Origin: Epiperipatus broadwayi | Taxonomy: Eukaryota; Animalia; Onychophora | Assembly (NCBI GenBank): GCA_028023455.1 | Contig: JAQFVV010000002.1 | Span: forward strand, 4,340,001 to 4,404,000 | Direction of reading: 5' to 3' | Length of the DNA stretch: 64,000 nucleotides | In this document: in pieces, positions 14,031-27,484 of the stretch | Layout: each line of letters opens with the position of its first letter | Numbering within the stretch: position 1 is the stretch's first letter | The notes under the pieces: model-generated | What the model saw: the letters and a program-made list of their open reading frames with translations, nothing else | Told to the model about the DNA's origin: nothing | The model's database searches: none | Program-made: the position numbers and the translations under genes

Positions 14031-14299
14031 GCATATTATAACTTGCAGTTATTGGTATCTTATGGCCAATCAAAAGCTAACACATTGGGTAAGTAAAAAG
14101 CTATGAATGTAACCTTTCAAAGAATGACCAAGTAACCATAAAATAAAATATAGATCTAAACACTGGTCTAGATTAGTATAAGATCTCTAAGGTATCAAAT
14201 AAACATATAATCTAAGTCCTCTTACAGGACTAAGTGAACAAAAAGTAAAAAAATTCTCTTATGGACTAAATATGCATCAACTTATACATTATTTATAAG

Positions 14300-17100
14300 A
14301 TGTGGATAGTCCAATGGTTGATCTGGTAAGTCTTAGTTACATTCCATAAACAATAATAATAAATAGTAATAATAATGGTCTCAAGGTTGTTAAATATTAA
14401 ATAATTTAGTTGTAAAGGATACTAGTTTTGCAGTGATAAGCTAAAATAATAAAATAATTTAGGTTCTTTTAACTAGTTAACAGTGATAACACAATAATAA
14501 TCTTATTTCTTTAACATTTTATCAACACTTTCTTCTTTTATAACATGGTATAAATTTATCTAGAGATGAGTTCAAACATAATATTGGCTAGCAAAGATTA
14601 ACTCGTATTTTGATTCTTATGCCACCAGCTAAATAAAATCAAGTTTTACTAAAATTTAAAATAACTATGTAACATCAGCAAAGTTATAGACATACAGAAG
14701 ATAAAAGGGAACTTTATTATATCAAACACATCACAAGTACTCTAACAAAAACATCATCAATAAAGTAATATTATAAAATCTAATTGCATATATAATACAT
14801 TGCATGAATTATATCAATGTGACAGTTTCAAAAGAATATTTATTCTTGTATGTACTTCAAACACTTTTATTATTTAAATAAATTTTCTGGTATATGGATG
14901 TGACAAATGGCAATAGACATGAAATGTAAATAAAGAATAAAATAAATATTTACTACAAAAATTAAACAAATATATTTCTTTTAACTTATAATTAGATAAA
15001 ATAAAAAATAAATAATGTATTTACTGTTATTTAGAATATAATAAAGACACCTTTACATCAATTGTTACATCAGGTAAATATAACATACTTATAATATATC
15101 ATATCCATGATATACCTAGATATACAGATAAATAAGTGGTGACCTCCTACATTTGAATTTAATAATCAGTTATATATACTAAGGATAATTTGTGGGTAGA
15201 GCTATAAAAACCGTAGAGATAGATTTGTCTAAAGAAAGTCAAGAAATAGAAAAGGAAGTTGAGGTGATAAAAAACATGAAAATTGAATTAGTATCATCAA
15301 TAATATAGCTATAATATAATAAAATATATTGATATTGAAATTATTGTACAATTGCTTAATATATAATTAATAATTTAAATGATATATAATTTACACAAGT
15401 ATTTATATTAGTCTTAGATAACAAAAAGCTCATGGAGTAGAAAAGTACAAACTCAATACTTAACACACAATCATTTGAAAATATATATATATAATGAGTA
15501 GGGTTGATTATAATCATGCAAATGCCTTTTATAATACACAAACTGGAATAAATAAATATTTATGGGCAATGATGGTGATAAAGACAAGCCTCACTAAAAT
15601 AAGCAGAGCAATACCAGTTCAATGTTATACATATACATGTGCCCCATTAGTAACTACCGCTAGCATAAGAAAAGGTCTAACAAAAAATATCCAAGCAAAG
15701 TGAAAAACCATTAATATAATTGCCACAATAAATACATGGTTAAAAGCAGAAATACTAATAATGAAAAGAAAGGCATTGGGATAGTAATTAAATAACAAAC
15801 TTCAAACCACATCTACCCATATTCATAACATATATAGCAAAAGTGTATTCAAAGACCAACATAAATGTATGTATAAAGTTAAACAAGTAGTTAATTTTAA
15901 AGTTATAATAATATTAATAGAATTTATACACTGATTCAATCCAAAACATACAATATATAAAATAGAAACTCTACCATTATAGATGTTTTAAAATATATAT
16001 AAATTCCTCACTGCCATTGTCATGAATAAAACCATTTACATACCACCATACCCCAAAAAATAAAATGGGATTAACAAAATATTGGAAATACATAATATTT
16101 AAAACATTCTAATGATAACAAAAAAAAAATCTTTAAGTGGTTTCTCCCCCCCCCCCTTCAGAATGAAAATTTTGCTCCCTTTAACGACCATATGTTTTGT
16201 TTCATTTATTTACAAGCACATAAAGAATGATTCTTTAATTAAACACATCTTCATTAGAGAATTTTCATAATGAATTTATGTTAGATAAATAATACAGTAG
16301 GATTGCGATTCCTTTCGAAAGATTTTTAGAATCATGTTGATTTTGGCAAAGATTAAAGTAATAATTTAAACTAAAAAACAAATTAAATATATCTCACCAT
16401 AAAATGTATATAAACTTTATATAAGTAGATTTTAATAAAGGCTGTATAAAGGAAATATATTAGATAGATTGTAAATATATGTATATCAGAGCAGGCGTAT
16501 AAATAAAACAAGCCCATTATAAACCCATATGTATATCTAAATGTAATTATATTCCATAATCATATATTCAAATGCAGACATCTAATTAAGTAAGATATAA
16601 TAAATATAAACCCGTAATTATATTTTATAACAAGCTATAACACTTTAGCCATAGATTAATCAAGTAAGATCAATATAGTTCTTGGCAAAATAATATAATA
16701 AATATCTTATTTTAAATAAAATATCATAATAAGATTTAGCAAAATTGACAAAGTTCATAAGAATATAAGACATATGGTATCTTGAATTGCACATTGAACT
16801 CTTAGCTCTTGTCTCCACAATAAATTTGCTCTTTTACCCTCCATTTGTAGAAGTTCAGAGAGATTAACGTAAAATAGCATATTGCTTGGATATAGTTTTT
16901 TTTCTAGCAACACATATTGTCTTCAAAACAATTAAAACTTAAACAACTTGGCTATAGAATTCAGTAAACAAAAGAATATTAGTGTGGTTAACTTATAAGG
17001 ATGATGAAGCAGCAAATGATGATCATTCTGCTTTCAAAATTGCCTTTTATACTCATTTTAGAGTAATGTGATTCCAATCAATACAATTTACAGAAGAGGG
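14300..17100. other. Old decayed coding-like block of unresolved origin
   Basis: Persistent A/C-rich plus-strand skew with long interrupted frames, e.g. GRAIKTVEIDLSKESQEIEKEVEVIK, ORF 15494-15703 and VIIILIEFIH*FNPKHTIYKIETLPL. No diagnostic motif found. Confidence 0.25.
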
Positions 17101-18888
17101 GAGTCATTACAATTGATAGGAACCTAAGAACATTTGCATTAGAAATGATTTATATATTTAAATAACTATAGAAAAAATGGTTTTAATTACTTTTATAAAA
17201 AATATATTTCCTTTTTTAAAATACCATTAATTGCTAATAAAAAAATTATCTAACTTTGAACATTAATAAAAGAAAGAAAAAAACTTTTTTCAACAAAAAA
17301 ATTTATGGAAGTTAGACTTAACTTCTCAAAATCAGTAGTTCGGTGTGTAGCAACCTTGGTATTGAAATATACTTAAATGAATAAAAAACATAATTATACA
17401 ACATTAAATATGTAAAATAGAACATCAATTTACTCAGTTAAGTTAATGATGATAATAATCTTTTAGAATTATAAAAAAATTTTTTTAGATACTATATTGT
17501 ACTTATATTTATTTTCGGGGCAAAATAAATGGTTACAATATATACTATACTTGTATCTAAATACATTTTTTATGCAATTTTTTGTGAATCTATTCATTGC
17601 CCAGAGCATTATAGGATTGCACATTAAATAAATAAATGAATTGAAATGAATTATCATTATTATTAAAATAAAAGACTACATATTGAATAAATATAATGTC
17701 ATGTGAAATTTACTAAATCTATTTTAAATAATAACTCAAATGCCCTGTAGCTGCTATTTATTTATATTTGAAATGATATGCATAATATTTATTTGTAATG
17801 AATCGGTACAAATGGTCTCTGAAGCATGAAATCTTAAGGTTACTAGCTATGTTCCTAACTTAAAATGAATAGGATGATAGATGAATGGAGTGAATAGGGA
17901 GAGATTGCTATCATAAAAAATATAAAATGAAACTCTGAAATAGGTACTAGGAGATGTTGGGTATTATGAGTAAAGTATTACATTAAATACTATACAAGTG
18001 TCTCTATTTTTAGATGGACCTTGTAGCAATAAAATTTCTATTTCAAATAGATAAGTTAAATGGATGAGATCATTCTGAAAAAAAAAAAAAGGATTTAATA
18101 TCAAGGTGATGAATGCACAATATATTGAGGAGAATAAGGTAATCCTCTTTTTCAAAAAAAATTTATGCTAATAATTAAATGTCCAATGTGAGGACATAAG
18201 AATTTAAAATGCTTGAATTTGAATCCTAGTACTTAATAGTGATGAATTATTCTCACACTATTTTTTGCTCATTTAGTATACTAACTTACCAGCATAAAAT
18301 AACAATGCTGATAATTAATATTTAATAGCACTTATCTATTTACTGGAATGCTAAATATTGCTATTGACTTACTCAGATTTTTATTGATGACTTATTCAAA
18401 TTTAATTAATTATCTTATTATGGGTTCTTTATTAAACCAGAATTTAAAAAATAAAATTGGATATAAATACTCTACCTGATATTGATGTAATTTTCATAGA
18501 TTTTGGGATAAATAATTCAGATTTGCTATTAGTTTATGTAAAGTTTTAAGTCGTTTATAATTTTTTTAAACATATGCATTGAATGTTTTCACCTTTAAAT
18601 GATTCATATTATTAATAATAGTTATATAAATAAAAATTAAGATAGTAGTATCAAAATTAACATTAATAAATCTCCTAAATCTCAAGTTTCAATAATAAAA
18701 TTAGTACTAATGTGATATTCTGTATTGTACAGTAATGAAGTTTTAAAAATGCATTTTGGAATTAAGATATTTTTACAAAACACAGTAATGTTAATTTCAT
18801 ATTTAGACATATTGATTATATAAAGATTACACATATAATGCATTAAGTAGTATATTTCTTTTTCTTCATTACAGCTATATCATTTATT

Positions 18889-19515
18889 GTAATTGACAGA
18901 TGCAGATGATAGTGCTACTATTATTTGCATCTGTCAATTACCAAAGCTTCTAGTGACATAGCCCGTGATGAAAGAAAAAAAGTGTGCTACTAAAATAATA
19001 TTGAGTAAGGTGAAATCATGTGATAGAGTCATATGACATTTATTGGTTGTAAACTATTTCTGATCACAGGATAGATGGGTGTATGGTTGTTAAAAAACTA
19101 AGAACATCATAATGTATAGAAATTGAACTGATTTCAGTTCTATGATTTTGCAGGCAAATTGGTTTAGATTGAAAACATTTATATAATTTCCAAACTGGAC
19201 TGATAATTTGACATTGAAACAAAAATGTTAATGATTACTGGCAGAGGAAAAGTACATTGCCTCCTAAACATCCGGACACTAGTACAAAATGTAAAGCTCT
19301 TCCCTGATGAAAGCAATAAGCTTGAAACTAATCAGAGATATTGAATATAATAACACTGGATAAGGATTTTTAAGCACTAATATCTGTATCTGTCAATTAC
19401 TAAAGCTTACCCATAAGTGGTATAGCTGTGGTAAAAGAACAAAAAATGTGTACTGCAGAAACAACATTGAATAAACTGAAGATATAATAGTCATGTAATA
19501 TTTTATTAGTTATAA
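18889..19515 (+). mobile_element. Penelope/retrozyme-like remnant: inverted partial copy plus ~459-bp direct repeat enclosing a hammerhead
   Basis: Hairpin GTAATTGACAGATGCA (18889-18904) / TGCATCTGTCAATTAC (18926-18941). A diverged direct copy starts at 19385 and is alignable for ~130 bp. Hammerhead at 19304. Confidence 0.6.
19297..19337 (+). ncRNA. Type I hammerhead ribozyme, intact core, imperfect stems I and III
   Basis: CTGATGA(19304-10) AAGC aataa GCTT GAAA C TA A TC AGAG. Stem III is one substitution from palindromic ACTAGT; stem I pairs only as CTCT/AGAG with a bulge. Confidence 0.65.
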
Positions 19516-20184
19516 TACATAAAGTTAAAAACTCTCTACTTTTGTTTAAAACACCATTAAGAAATATTTATTATTTTTCTTAATTTTCAGAAATGAAGGT
19601 GAAATCCAAGTGTTATTATTTTAAGAAACAATAAACACTTCAAATTTTTATTTTGTGAAAATAATAAAAAATTATATTATAATTAATTTACTGGTTTGCA
19701 TACACAAAATAAATTTTCTCTTTTACCTGGAAAGACACTTAATTCATATTATATATATTTTCATATTATTTTTATTAAGCAGCAAAATGACCAGTTCTCT
19801 GATTAAAATAGCCCTATGAAGCACAGCTAATATTAAATCAGAGAGGAGAAAAAGAAAACACAGATCTGCACACAGTTATTTACTAACATATATATTTAAA
19901 ATCTAGTTTTTTTAATGTATGCAATTGGTCTGATTAAATAGCTCCATATACTAAAAAAGTACTTTAAGCTGAACATTATATTGTAAAAGATAAAGGTATC
20001 AATAGCTTTTAGTCATTTTCAGAGAAAATTGTAGCTTAAATGGATTTTCTGTTCAACAACTGATATTTTTAGAATGACATATTAAACTGCTATTGGAGCA
20101 AAGGCTACCTGTAAACATTAAACATTAAGAATGTGAAGATAAATCCTTGACTGGAGAAATCAATATAAGGCTTTTAGAAGATAG

Positions 20185-20770
20185 ATGGAGAAACTCATAA
20201 GATTAATAGGAAATCTAATAACCAAATGCCAAATTATAATGATAGTGGCACATGTCATCACCAGTCACATAAAGCAAAGGTTAATGAGGAGAGATCACAG
20301 AATGATTGAACATATTGCCAAATTTCTAACCATGCTTTATAATAGCATACTAATATATAAAGAAAAGAGAGTTTAAATTTCAGCTTATGTTTTTCTCTTG
20401 CAAAAGATTAATATCTAAATATTAAGACTATACAAATAATCAAAATAGAAAGAATACTACTATCATAAACTAAACAAAAAAAGAGGTCAATGAATAACCT
20501 TCATTAGAACAAAATATTTCAAGGAACTGAAAATGAATTCTAATATAAATCAGAATGACACCAATAATCAAGCAGATTAAACTCTATCACAAACTATACA
20601 CTCATGCTGATGGAATAGTTAGATATCTGAGAGAACAGATTGACAAGCGGTTGAATAAATTAATAACCTATCAGTTGATTGGAAAAGATAATGCAACATA
20701 TGTGACCCTCACAGAAATGATTGTGATTCTAGATGTATACTATGGAAAATCAAAATATACATTTAAATAA
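20185..20770 (+). pseudogene. Possible decayed LTR-retrotransposon gag-like remnant
   Basis: YLREQIDKRLNKLITYQLIGKDNATYVTLTEMIVILDVYYGK resembles a gag TxxExxxxLDxxYG segment; nothing else is diagnostic. Confidence 0.25.
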
Positions 20771-21831
20771 ATAAAACTTAAGTTTATACAAAATTAAACA
20801 AATACCAGGAAGCATTGAAATTGTTTTGTTGTTTTTGTTAATATGTGCCCAAACTCCGTTTTAATAAATATACGTTAGTGTTATCAGTTAAGTATCTTGA
20901 TGCAATTGAGGGTTAAACAAACTGAATATAAAGGCTATAATTAGTTTAGGATTTACATTTACAATCCTGATCTATGATCAAATTGTGAAAAAAGTGTATG
21001 TGCTGGCATTGTTCATATGAGGTAAATAATAATTGGAGAGGTTGATTATATACACTTCTTTCTCTTTTCATGACTGAAGTTGTTAATAATGTCAGGGTTA
21101 ATTTCTTTTTTACAGAAAGGCACATTTTAGGTATGTGTAGAAATAATATGTGCACATAAACAAACAGTAGAGCCAACAAAGACTATAAGAACAAAATAAC
21201 CCTTATTTTTAACTAGTTGAACTACATAGAATAATATCATCATGGATTGATGTTGGATGCAGCCTCATTATGTCTAAAAGCTTATAAGGGATAGTATTAG
21301 CCATAAAATAGGGCTTAACTTATAAATTTGAATAACAATATATTAAATTGTTTAAGCAATACCAATTATTACTGATTAAAAAGGAAATTAGTTTTAAACT
21401 AAAAGTTTTATAAAGAAAATGTTGATTCATTTTGTTTCCATTTCACAAAGATAGTATTGCAATGACCATGAATGGGACATGAGGCAGATAAATAAATGCA
21501 ATTTAATTAAGATTTCTCATCATAAAAATTAAAAATTTAACACTGATTTAAATAAATATATCAATATTTTTTACACAGTTAATGAATTTTTTTAAGTAAT
21601 AAAAGGTTTTTAGTTAATCAGTGAGAGTTATGTTTGACTATAGACACTATATTTTAGTAAAATTTAAATAGCTATTTATTTCAATAAAAATGAATGAAGT
21701 AATAACATGTAAAAGTCAATTATTTTAATGCATTTGCAAGAGGGTTAAATTGAAAATAGACATATCTGATAGAAGGCAGAGGGACAGTTCTTTGAAAGTA
21801 CTAATAGTTTTAATTTGTAGATATAAGTTTT

Positions 21832-22373
21832 ATACATGAATAAGCATTTATTTTATAACGTCTTGCGTGCGATTATAATTACGATAGAATGACAGCCTCT
21901 TAAGCTAATTGCGCAGACGCTGTGAGAATGTTATTAATAAATGAAACTATATCATGTGGTTGTTCGAAGGTATTCATTTATTAATAACATTCTCACAGCG
22001 TCTGCGCAATTAGCTTAACAGGCTGTCATTCTATCGTAATTATAATCGCACACAAGACGTTATAAAATAAATGCTTATTCGTGTATATGATTTAGTTTCG
22101 TTTAGAGTGGCATTTAGTAAATTCTAGAAAATTTCATTGGCGTCATTTATACAGATATTATATATAGTAATTTAAAGTGACTATTATGTAGTCATGCCTT
22201 CGTTACAACTACTTTAGATTTGCTCATATATAAACATTTGAGTCATAAGGGTAAGAGGATTCCTTTTTACTCTTATATAAATACTATATCATGTGGTTGT
22301 TCGAAGGTATTCATTTATTAATAACATTCTCACAGCGTCTGCGCAATTAGCTTAACAGGCTGTCATTCTATCA
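21832..22373. mobile_element. Young non-coding insertion: 115-bp inverted arm + 337-bp unit + 90-bp direct copy, 14-bp TSD
   Basis: Arms 21831-21945 and 21973-22087 are near-perfect inverted copies. 21946-22035 is identical to 22283-22372. TAGATATAAGTTTT flanks the element at 21818-21831 and 22374-22387. CpGs are retained. Confidence 0.9.
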
Positions 22374-22584
22374 TAGATATAAGTTTTGTAAGTTATAAGA
22401 TGTAAATATTAAATATGTGGAATTATTTGAACTGGCAATGATACTAATTTGTCCATCAATTTGCAAGGTATTTATTGCATTCTGTAATGTGTGTAATATT
22501 TTGAAAAATCAACTCATTAAAATTATTTTTAGATCCTAATTAATTAAAATTGTTTATGTAATAATATATATGCAGTTTATAAAA

Positions 22585-22795
22585 AAAACACATTTAATGA
22601 CAGTAAAGCACTAAAAACCAAAAAATATTTATGTTTCTTAAACTACAATTTCAGTTGATATATTTAATTTGAAATAAAAGTGGGGACATCCATAATTCCC
22701 CCTACTTTTATTTCAAATTAAGTATACAAAATGCGATTGTGGTTCAAGAAAAAAATTTTTTTGGGGTTTTTAGTGCATTACTCGTCAAATTAAAT
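22585..22795. repeat. Palindromic MITE-like element, related to 56695-56950
   Basis: Inner arms TTAATTTGAAATAAAAGTGGGGA / TCCCCTACTTTTATTTCAAATTAA and outer arms GCACTAAAAACC / GGTTTTTAGTGC. Confidence 0.7.
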
Positions 22796-23759
22796 AGTGG
22801 CTTTTTATGAAATAGTTTACAAAAGATATTCAAATTTACAAAATAAAAATATTATCAATGTTTTAATTTTGCCCATAATTCTAGATTTTGAAATGAAATC
22901 TACATGCATTAAAAAGTACATTTTTTTGTTTGTGGAAATAATATTTTAAAATAAATGTTTTATTTAAACAATCAAGAAAAATAAATATTTCAACCTTTTT
23001 TATTATTATTTTAATTCACCGTAAATGCTTTTTGGTGAGTATTTAATGAAAACATGTTTTCTTAAAAAAATATTCACTAAGTATCATTGAAAATGTATTA
23101 AATCAATATCACATATTTTCAAGTTTGCCCCATCAATACTGTTAGGCTGGTCTACTAACTGGATAACCTTGAAATATTTCAGTGACAGATTGCATTGTCT
23201 TTGATGCCTAATGTATAAAATTAAAAAAAAAACATTCAATATAAGTATATTAAAAATTAATTAGATGATTTGGCATGATCAAACAACAGAATTTGTAAGT
23301 TAAATAAAAGCATTTAATAAAGCCAAAGTAATTAAAATTGTTTTTTTAAATAAGAAATAATTAAAGCTAACAATAGTAAAATATTTTAAATATATTCTGA
23401 AAATCATTCTGAAAAGATGGTTATATTAACATTTGATTTAAAGAAAACATGTTTATCAAGCAAGTAAATTCAAAAAGTTATAAAACTGTAACATGATTTG
23501 AAAAGAAAAACATTTAGATTGCATCATAGTAATGAAATGGGGTGAAAAATAACAATTATTTTGTTGAAAGTTGAGCCTCAAAATTCTTCAAAAAAATTAA
23601 ACAGAAAGTATAAATCCCATATTTATTTGGTATTGATTCAGTGAACCCAAAAACATGTTAAGTCAGTTCAGCTAGTTATTAATTCAAATGGTGTATTTAA
23701 ATATATGTTATTTCTCACCTGTCTTCAGATAATGGACTAGTTCATATTCCACTTTGTCT

Positions 23760-24330
23760 AGATTGAATTGAGCATTCATCATCATAAGCCTATGCATATA
23801 CAGGTAGATAATGCTTAGCCAATGGCAAAAATGGGTCAACAGATGATGATGCTCACTGAATTCAAATGTTTCTATTAAGGATGGGGATCTGGCAATAAAT
23901 AAGCAATTTTTCTGAAGATAGGGTCAGAGAACTACTATCACAAACCTGAAAGGCAGAAATCACATTCTCCAGGGTATTGTCACAAAGCTGAAAGACAATG
24001 CACATTTTTCATACATGTTCTGAGAAAACTACTGTCCCAGAATCTAAAAATGGAATCTCTATTCCACCAGACAATAGCTATAAGAGCTGAATGGTAGATA
24101 TGGTAAGGCAACCCATGTTCAGGACTGGAAACTGCTAGAACCAAACATTGACATAAGACAAGTTCTCATAGTACAGCCAGAAGTGTCACCAGACCTACTC
24201 ATGAGGCAGACTACCAAGATACATCTGGAAGTGGAAGGAAACTTATAAGGACAATTACAGTCCCTTCTTCTATAGTTCATCAGAGTTATACCATCACCAC
24301 ATACTAGCAGACAGAATGTAGTTATTGTAA
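23760..24330 (+). repeat. Solo-LTR-like copy related to the Gypsy LTRs at 27.5 and 30.2 kb
   Basis: Shares GATGATGCTCA.TGAA.TCA (~23845 vs ~27604) and GAAGTGTCA...CTACTCATGAGGCA...CTGGAAG...TCCCTTC (24180-24268 vs 30601-30690). Confidence 0.6.
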
Positions 24331-25649
24331 AATAATTTGTAAGTATGAATGTATATTTGTTTTCATATTCTTAATAAAATATAATATACAAAATATATTT
24401 ACATGCATTTGTGTATATATATTATTTCACATAAAATACAACAATATGCTATTCAAGCAATTAACAATCAAGCTTATTATTCTATCTTGTGTTATTGTAT
24501 CTGGCTAAGATATCAAAACTGCATCATCAATATCATATCCAAAAGAGAGGAAATTGTCTGTTATAGCCCTAAATGAATTTTAGTATAATCTGTTTCTTAG
24601 CATTATAGATGTAAGTTGTCTTAACCCTGAAGGTATCTGTCTATCTACTAAAATGTCTAATTCTATGAAAATAAAATGATGTGAAAATAAGATCACATTA
24701 TATGGTCCGCTAAAGACAATTGTCTTTTAATTAATAATAGCTGACATATTCCAAAATGAAATAACATTTAAATTAATATTTGTCTTGAAAAAGATATCTG
24801 AGAACTCTGTGAATATTATCAATATTACCAGTAAGATTTTCTTATTCATTTAATTATGTAAAAGGCCTTATAAACATTTTTGTATCATTTATCCTTGTAA
24901 GTATAAGGTTTTTTTTTATTATTTCGTAAATGTATTTGAAAGAATAAAAATTTACATTTTATTAATTAATATTCATGGATAATTTGAGATGTTGACAAAA
25001 ACCACCAATCTCATACACTTTAAAAATAATGTTAGTGAAGTGTAATCACATACTTAAAATGCTGAATAAATATTAAATTTTAATTTATTTATAAAATGCC
25101 TTTATTTAAATAATGTGTTAATTTTGTATATTAAATTATCGAATGAGAAGTCTTAAAATCTTTAATATTTTAAATAATGTGTCTGTTTTTTTTTTTTTGT
25201 TTTTTTTTATTAAGGAAAATACACGTACAATTACAATATAAATCTTGTTGGTATACATTTGTTTGGATTTGTTTCACATATTATAACAATCATTAGTAAA
25301 TAATTTTCCAAATTAGAAAATATACCCATTTGATACATTAATTATTATTATGACAAATTAATTTCATCGTCAGAGCAAGAAGCTCATCGTTCAAACTTAG
25401 TTTATAATTATTGTGTACTAGTTTTATGTCAGAACAACTGGCTCTTCATTTAGTGACTTAGCCAGCGATCATTGTGCAATCCATATTTTAATTGACAGTA
25501 ATAATTTGTCATTTTCCAGCTAACTGAACCATTTTTTAATCTTGAATTAATTTTTAATTAGCATGCCCTGAGGATTGGCTCTTCATCCAGTGGCCTAAGT
25601 TGCCCCCAAGTGCCCCCGAAGAGCTTTTCCAGCATTAATAAGTGATCCC

Positions 25650-27420
25650 TAAACATAGTCCTTCGAATAAATTTTCTACACATCTCCCATGATTCTTTAT
25701 TTCCTCATTTAAAAACAAAATAATTCCTTCGCATGGCATGAAGCAGGAACATTCCCATTCTAATTGCAGCAAAGATACCATTCTTTATAGCATCCCTGAT
25801 TCTTAGAATTTTCATGTTAGCTGGCAGTACTCTGGTTATGATATTTTGTCTAGCAGGACTCAAAAATGGGAAAGCAGTAAAAATATGTTTAATAGTTTCA
25901 TCTGTTACTTTACATAAGCTACATAGTGGTTCTATTTTTTGAGAAATTTCTATGATTTACCAAAAAATGATTGGTTGGAAAGGCTTTCAAATTAATAAAG
26001 TCAATATGTTTGGCTTTCAAGTAGCAAAATTTTAGTTTCCTGATTAGTAATTTGGTATATTAATCAAGCTCAGTAGTTAAGTCAGTAATGTTTTCATGCA
26101 TGTATTTGTAAACTTGCCAGTAAGTGTTAGCGTCATCAATAATTGATGCTGTAACTTTGAAAAATTTGTTGGCATATGCTAGCAGCTCCATGACCCACTT
26201 ACTTGTATGGGTGGCAGAATGTCAGAAGGTTTAATCTCATCCTGTACTGAGCACTGAAAATCTTGGATTCATTACCTTAAGCATTGATAGGGATTTCTGA
26301 ATGAAGAAAGTGTTGAGATCATGCAACCCGAGCCCGTTCAGATCTTTCAGTCTCTGCATCTTGGATAAACTGATGGTTAATGTTTTCCTTTTCCATAAGA
26401 TGCCAGTGCAGACTGAGTTTATTGCATTCTGAAAAGACCTGGTTGGTTTAAGAAATGTCATGAAGTAATTAATTTACAGAAGAACCAAATATTAATCAGT
26501 GCTGCCTTACCTGAGAGTGATAAGTAGATCCCTGAGAGAGCACATGCAACCTTTTTGATTTTTTCTAGAATGTTGTTTTGCACTACTCTTCTCACAGCTG
26601 ACCTGGACAGCACAATGGGAAATCCAAGAAAGGTTTGAGGTTCCCCCGAGAATCTTGAAAAAATTGCTGTTACCCAATGGATCTTCCAAGTAGCAGATTT
26701 CTCAGAGTTTATTCTTAGCCCATATCTCTTAGTGTATTTATCCAGCAGTTTATATAGTTTAGGTAAGTATTTATGTGAGGGGAGGAAGACTGTAATATCA
26801 TCAACATATGATAGGTGATGAACTTCCTCCCCTAGCCCTGGGACAAATACCCCAGGAAGATGTTTCTCAATACTTAATAGAGCATTTACATAGGCTATGA
26901 AACACAAGGTGCTGAGAGGTGACCCCTGGGGTATTGATAAATGTGGATCAAACCCTGGGGCCAAAGAGCCATCCTATGATGTATATATTGATCTATTTAG
27001 CAACAGATTTGCTATGATTCTGATGTAGACTTTGGGTACCCCATAGCTCTCCAAAATTGAGAATAATTTTGCAAGCACCATGGAGTCAATTCTGCTGCAA
27101 AGTCCACCTGCACCACAATAGGCTCTGATGTCTTTTTAGTCCTTATATACTCTGCCAATAAGGCAAATTTCCTTACTGCCTCAATGGTGGATGATCCCTT
27201 GTGGGCAAATTGGTGCAAGAAAATTTTACTGAGCAGCTGCTGTTGGATCTTATCCTTAACAAGTGATTCAATGATTTTTATTAATAATGGAGTTACTGAT
27301 ATGGGTCTTAAATTAGTTTGTTCATTTTGTAATTTTAAGTGTGGTGGCATAGTGATATATTTATTAATATTATTATACATCAGTTGTGAAAGCAATGGTT
27401 AATTTTGAACAAAATATATA
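25650..27420 (-). mobile_element. Tx1/L1-like LINE 3' fragment (RT plus C-terminal CCHC zinc finger), decayed
   Basis: NLRPISVTPLLIKIIESL, IPQGSPLSTL, LSYVDD, GLGLHDL and PLCSLCKVTDETIKHIF (~25900-25950). Confidence 0.85.
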
Positions 27421-27484
27421 TTTTATTTAGCTCTTATTTTTGCATTACATAATGTTAATGTAGCTACTAAATTAGTTTAATGTG

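Noticed and set aside
25340-25600. Three minus-strand hammerhead-like traces (GAGC/GCTC hairpin; CTAAATGAAGAGCC; CTGGATGAAGAGCC)
   Set aside because: The cores have the wrong length, GAAA is missing or displaced, and stem I does not pair. They may be very old remnants but are unsupported.
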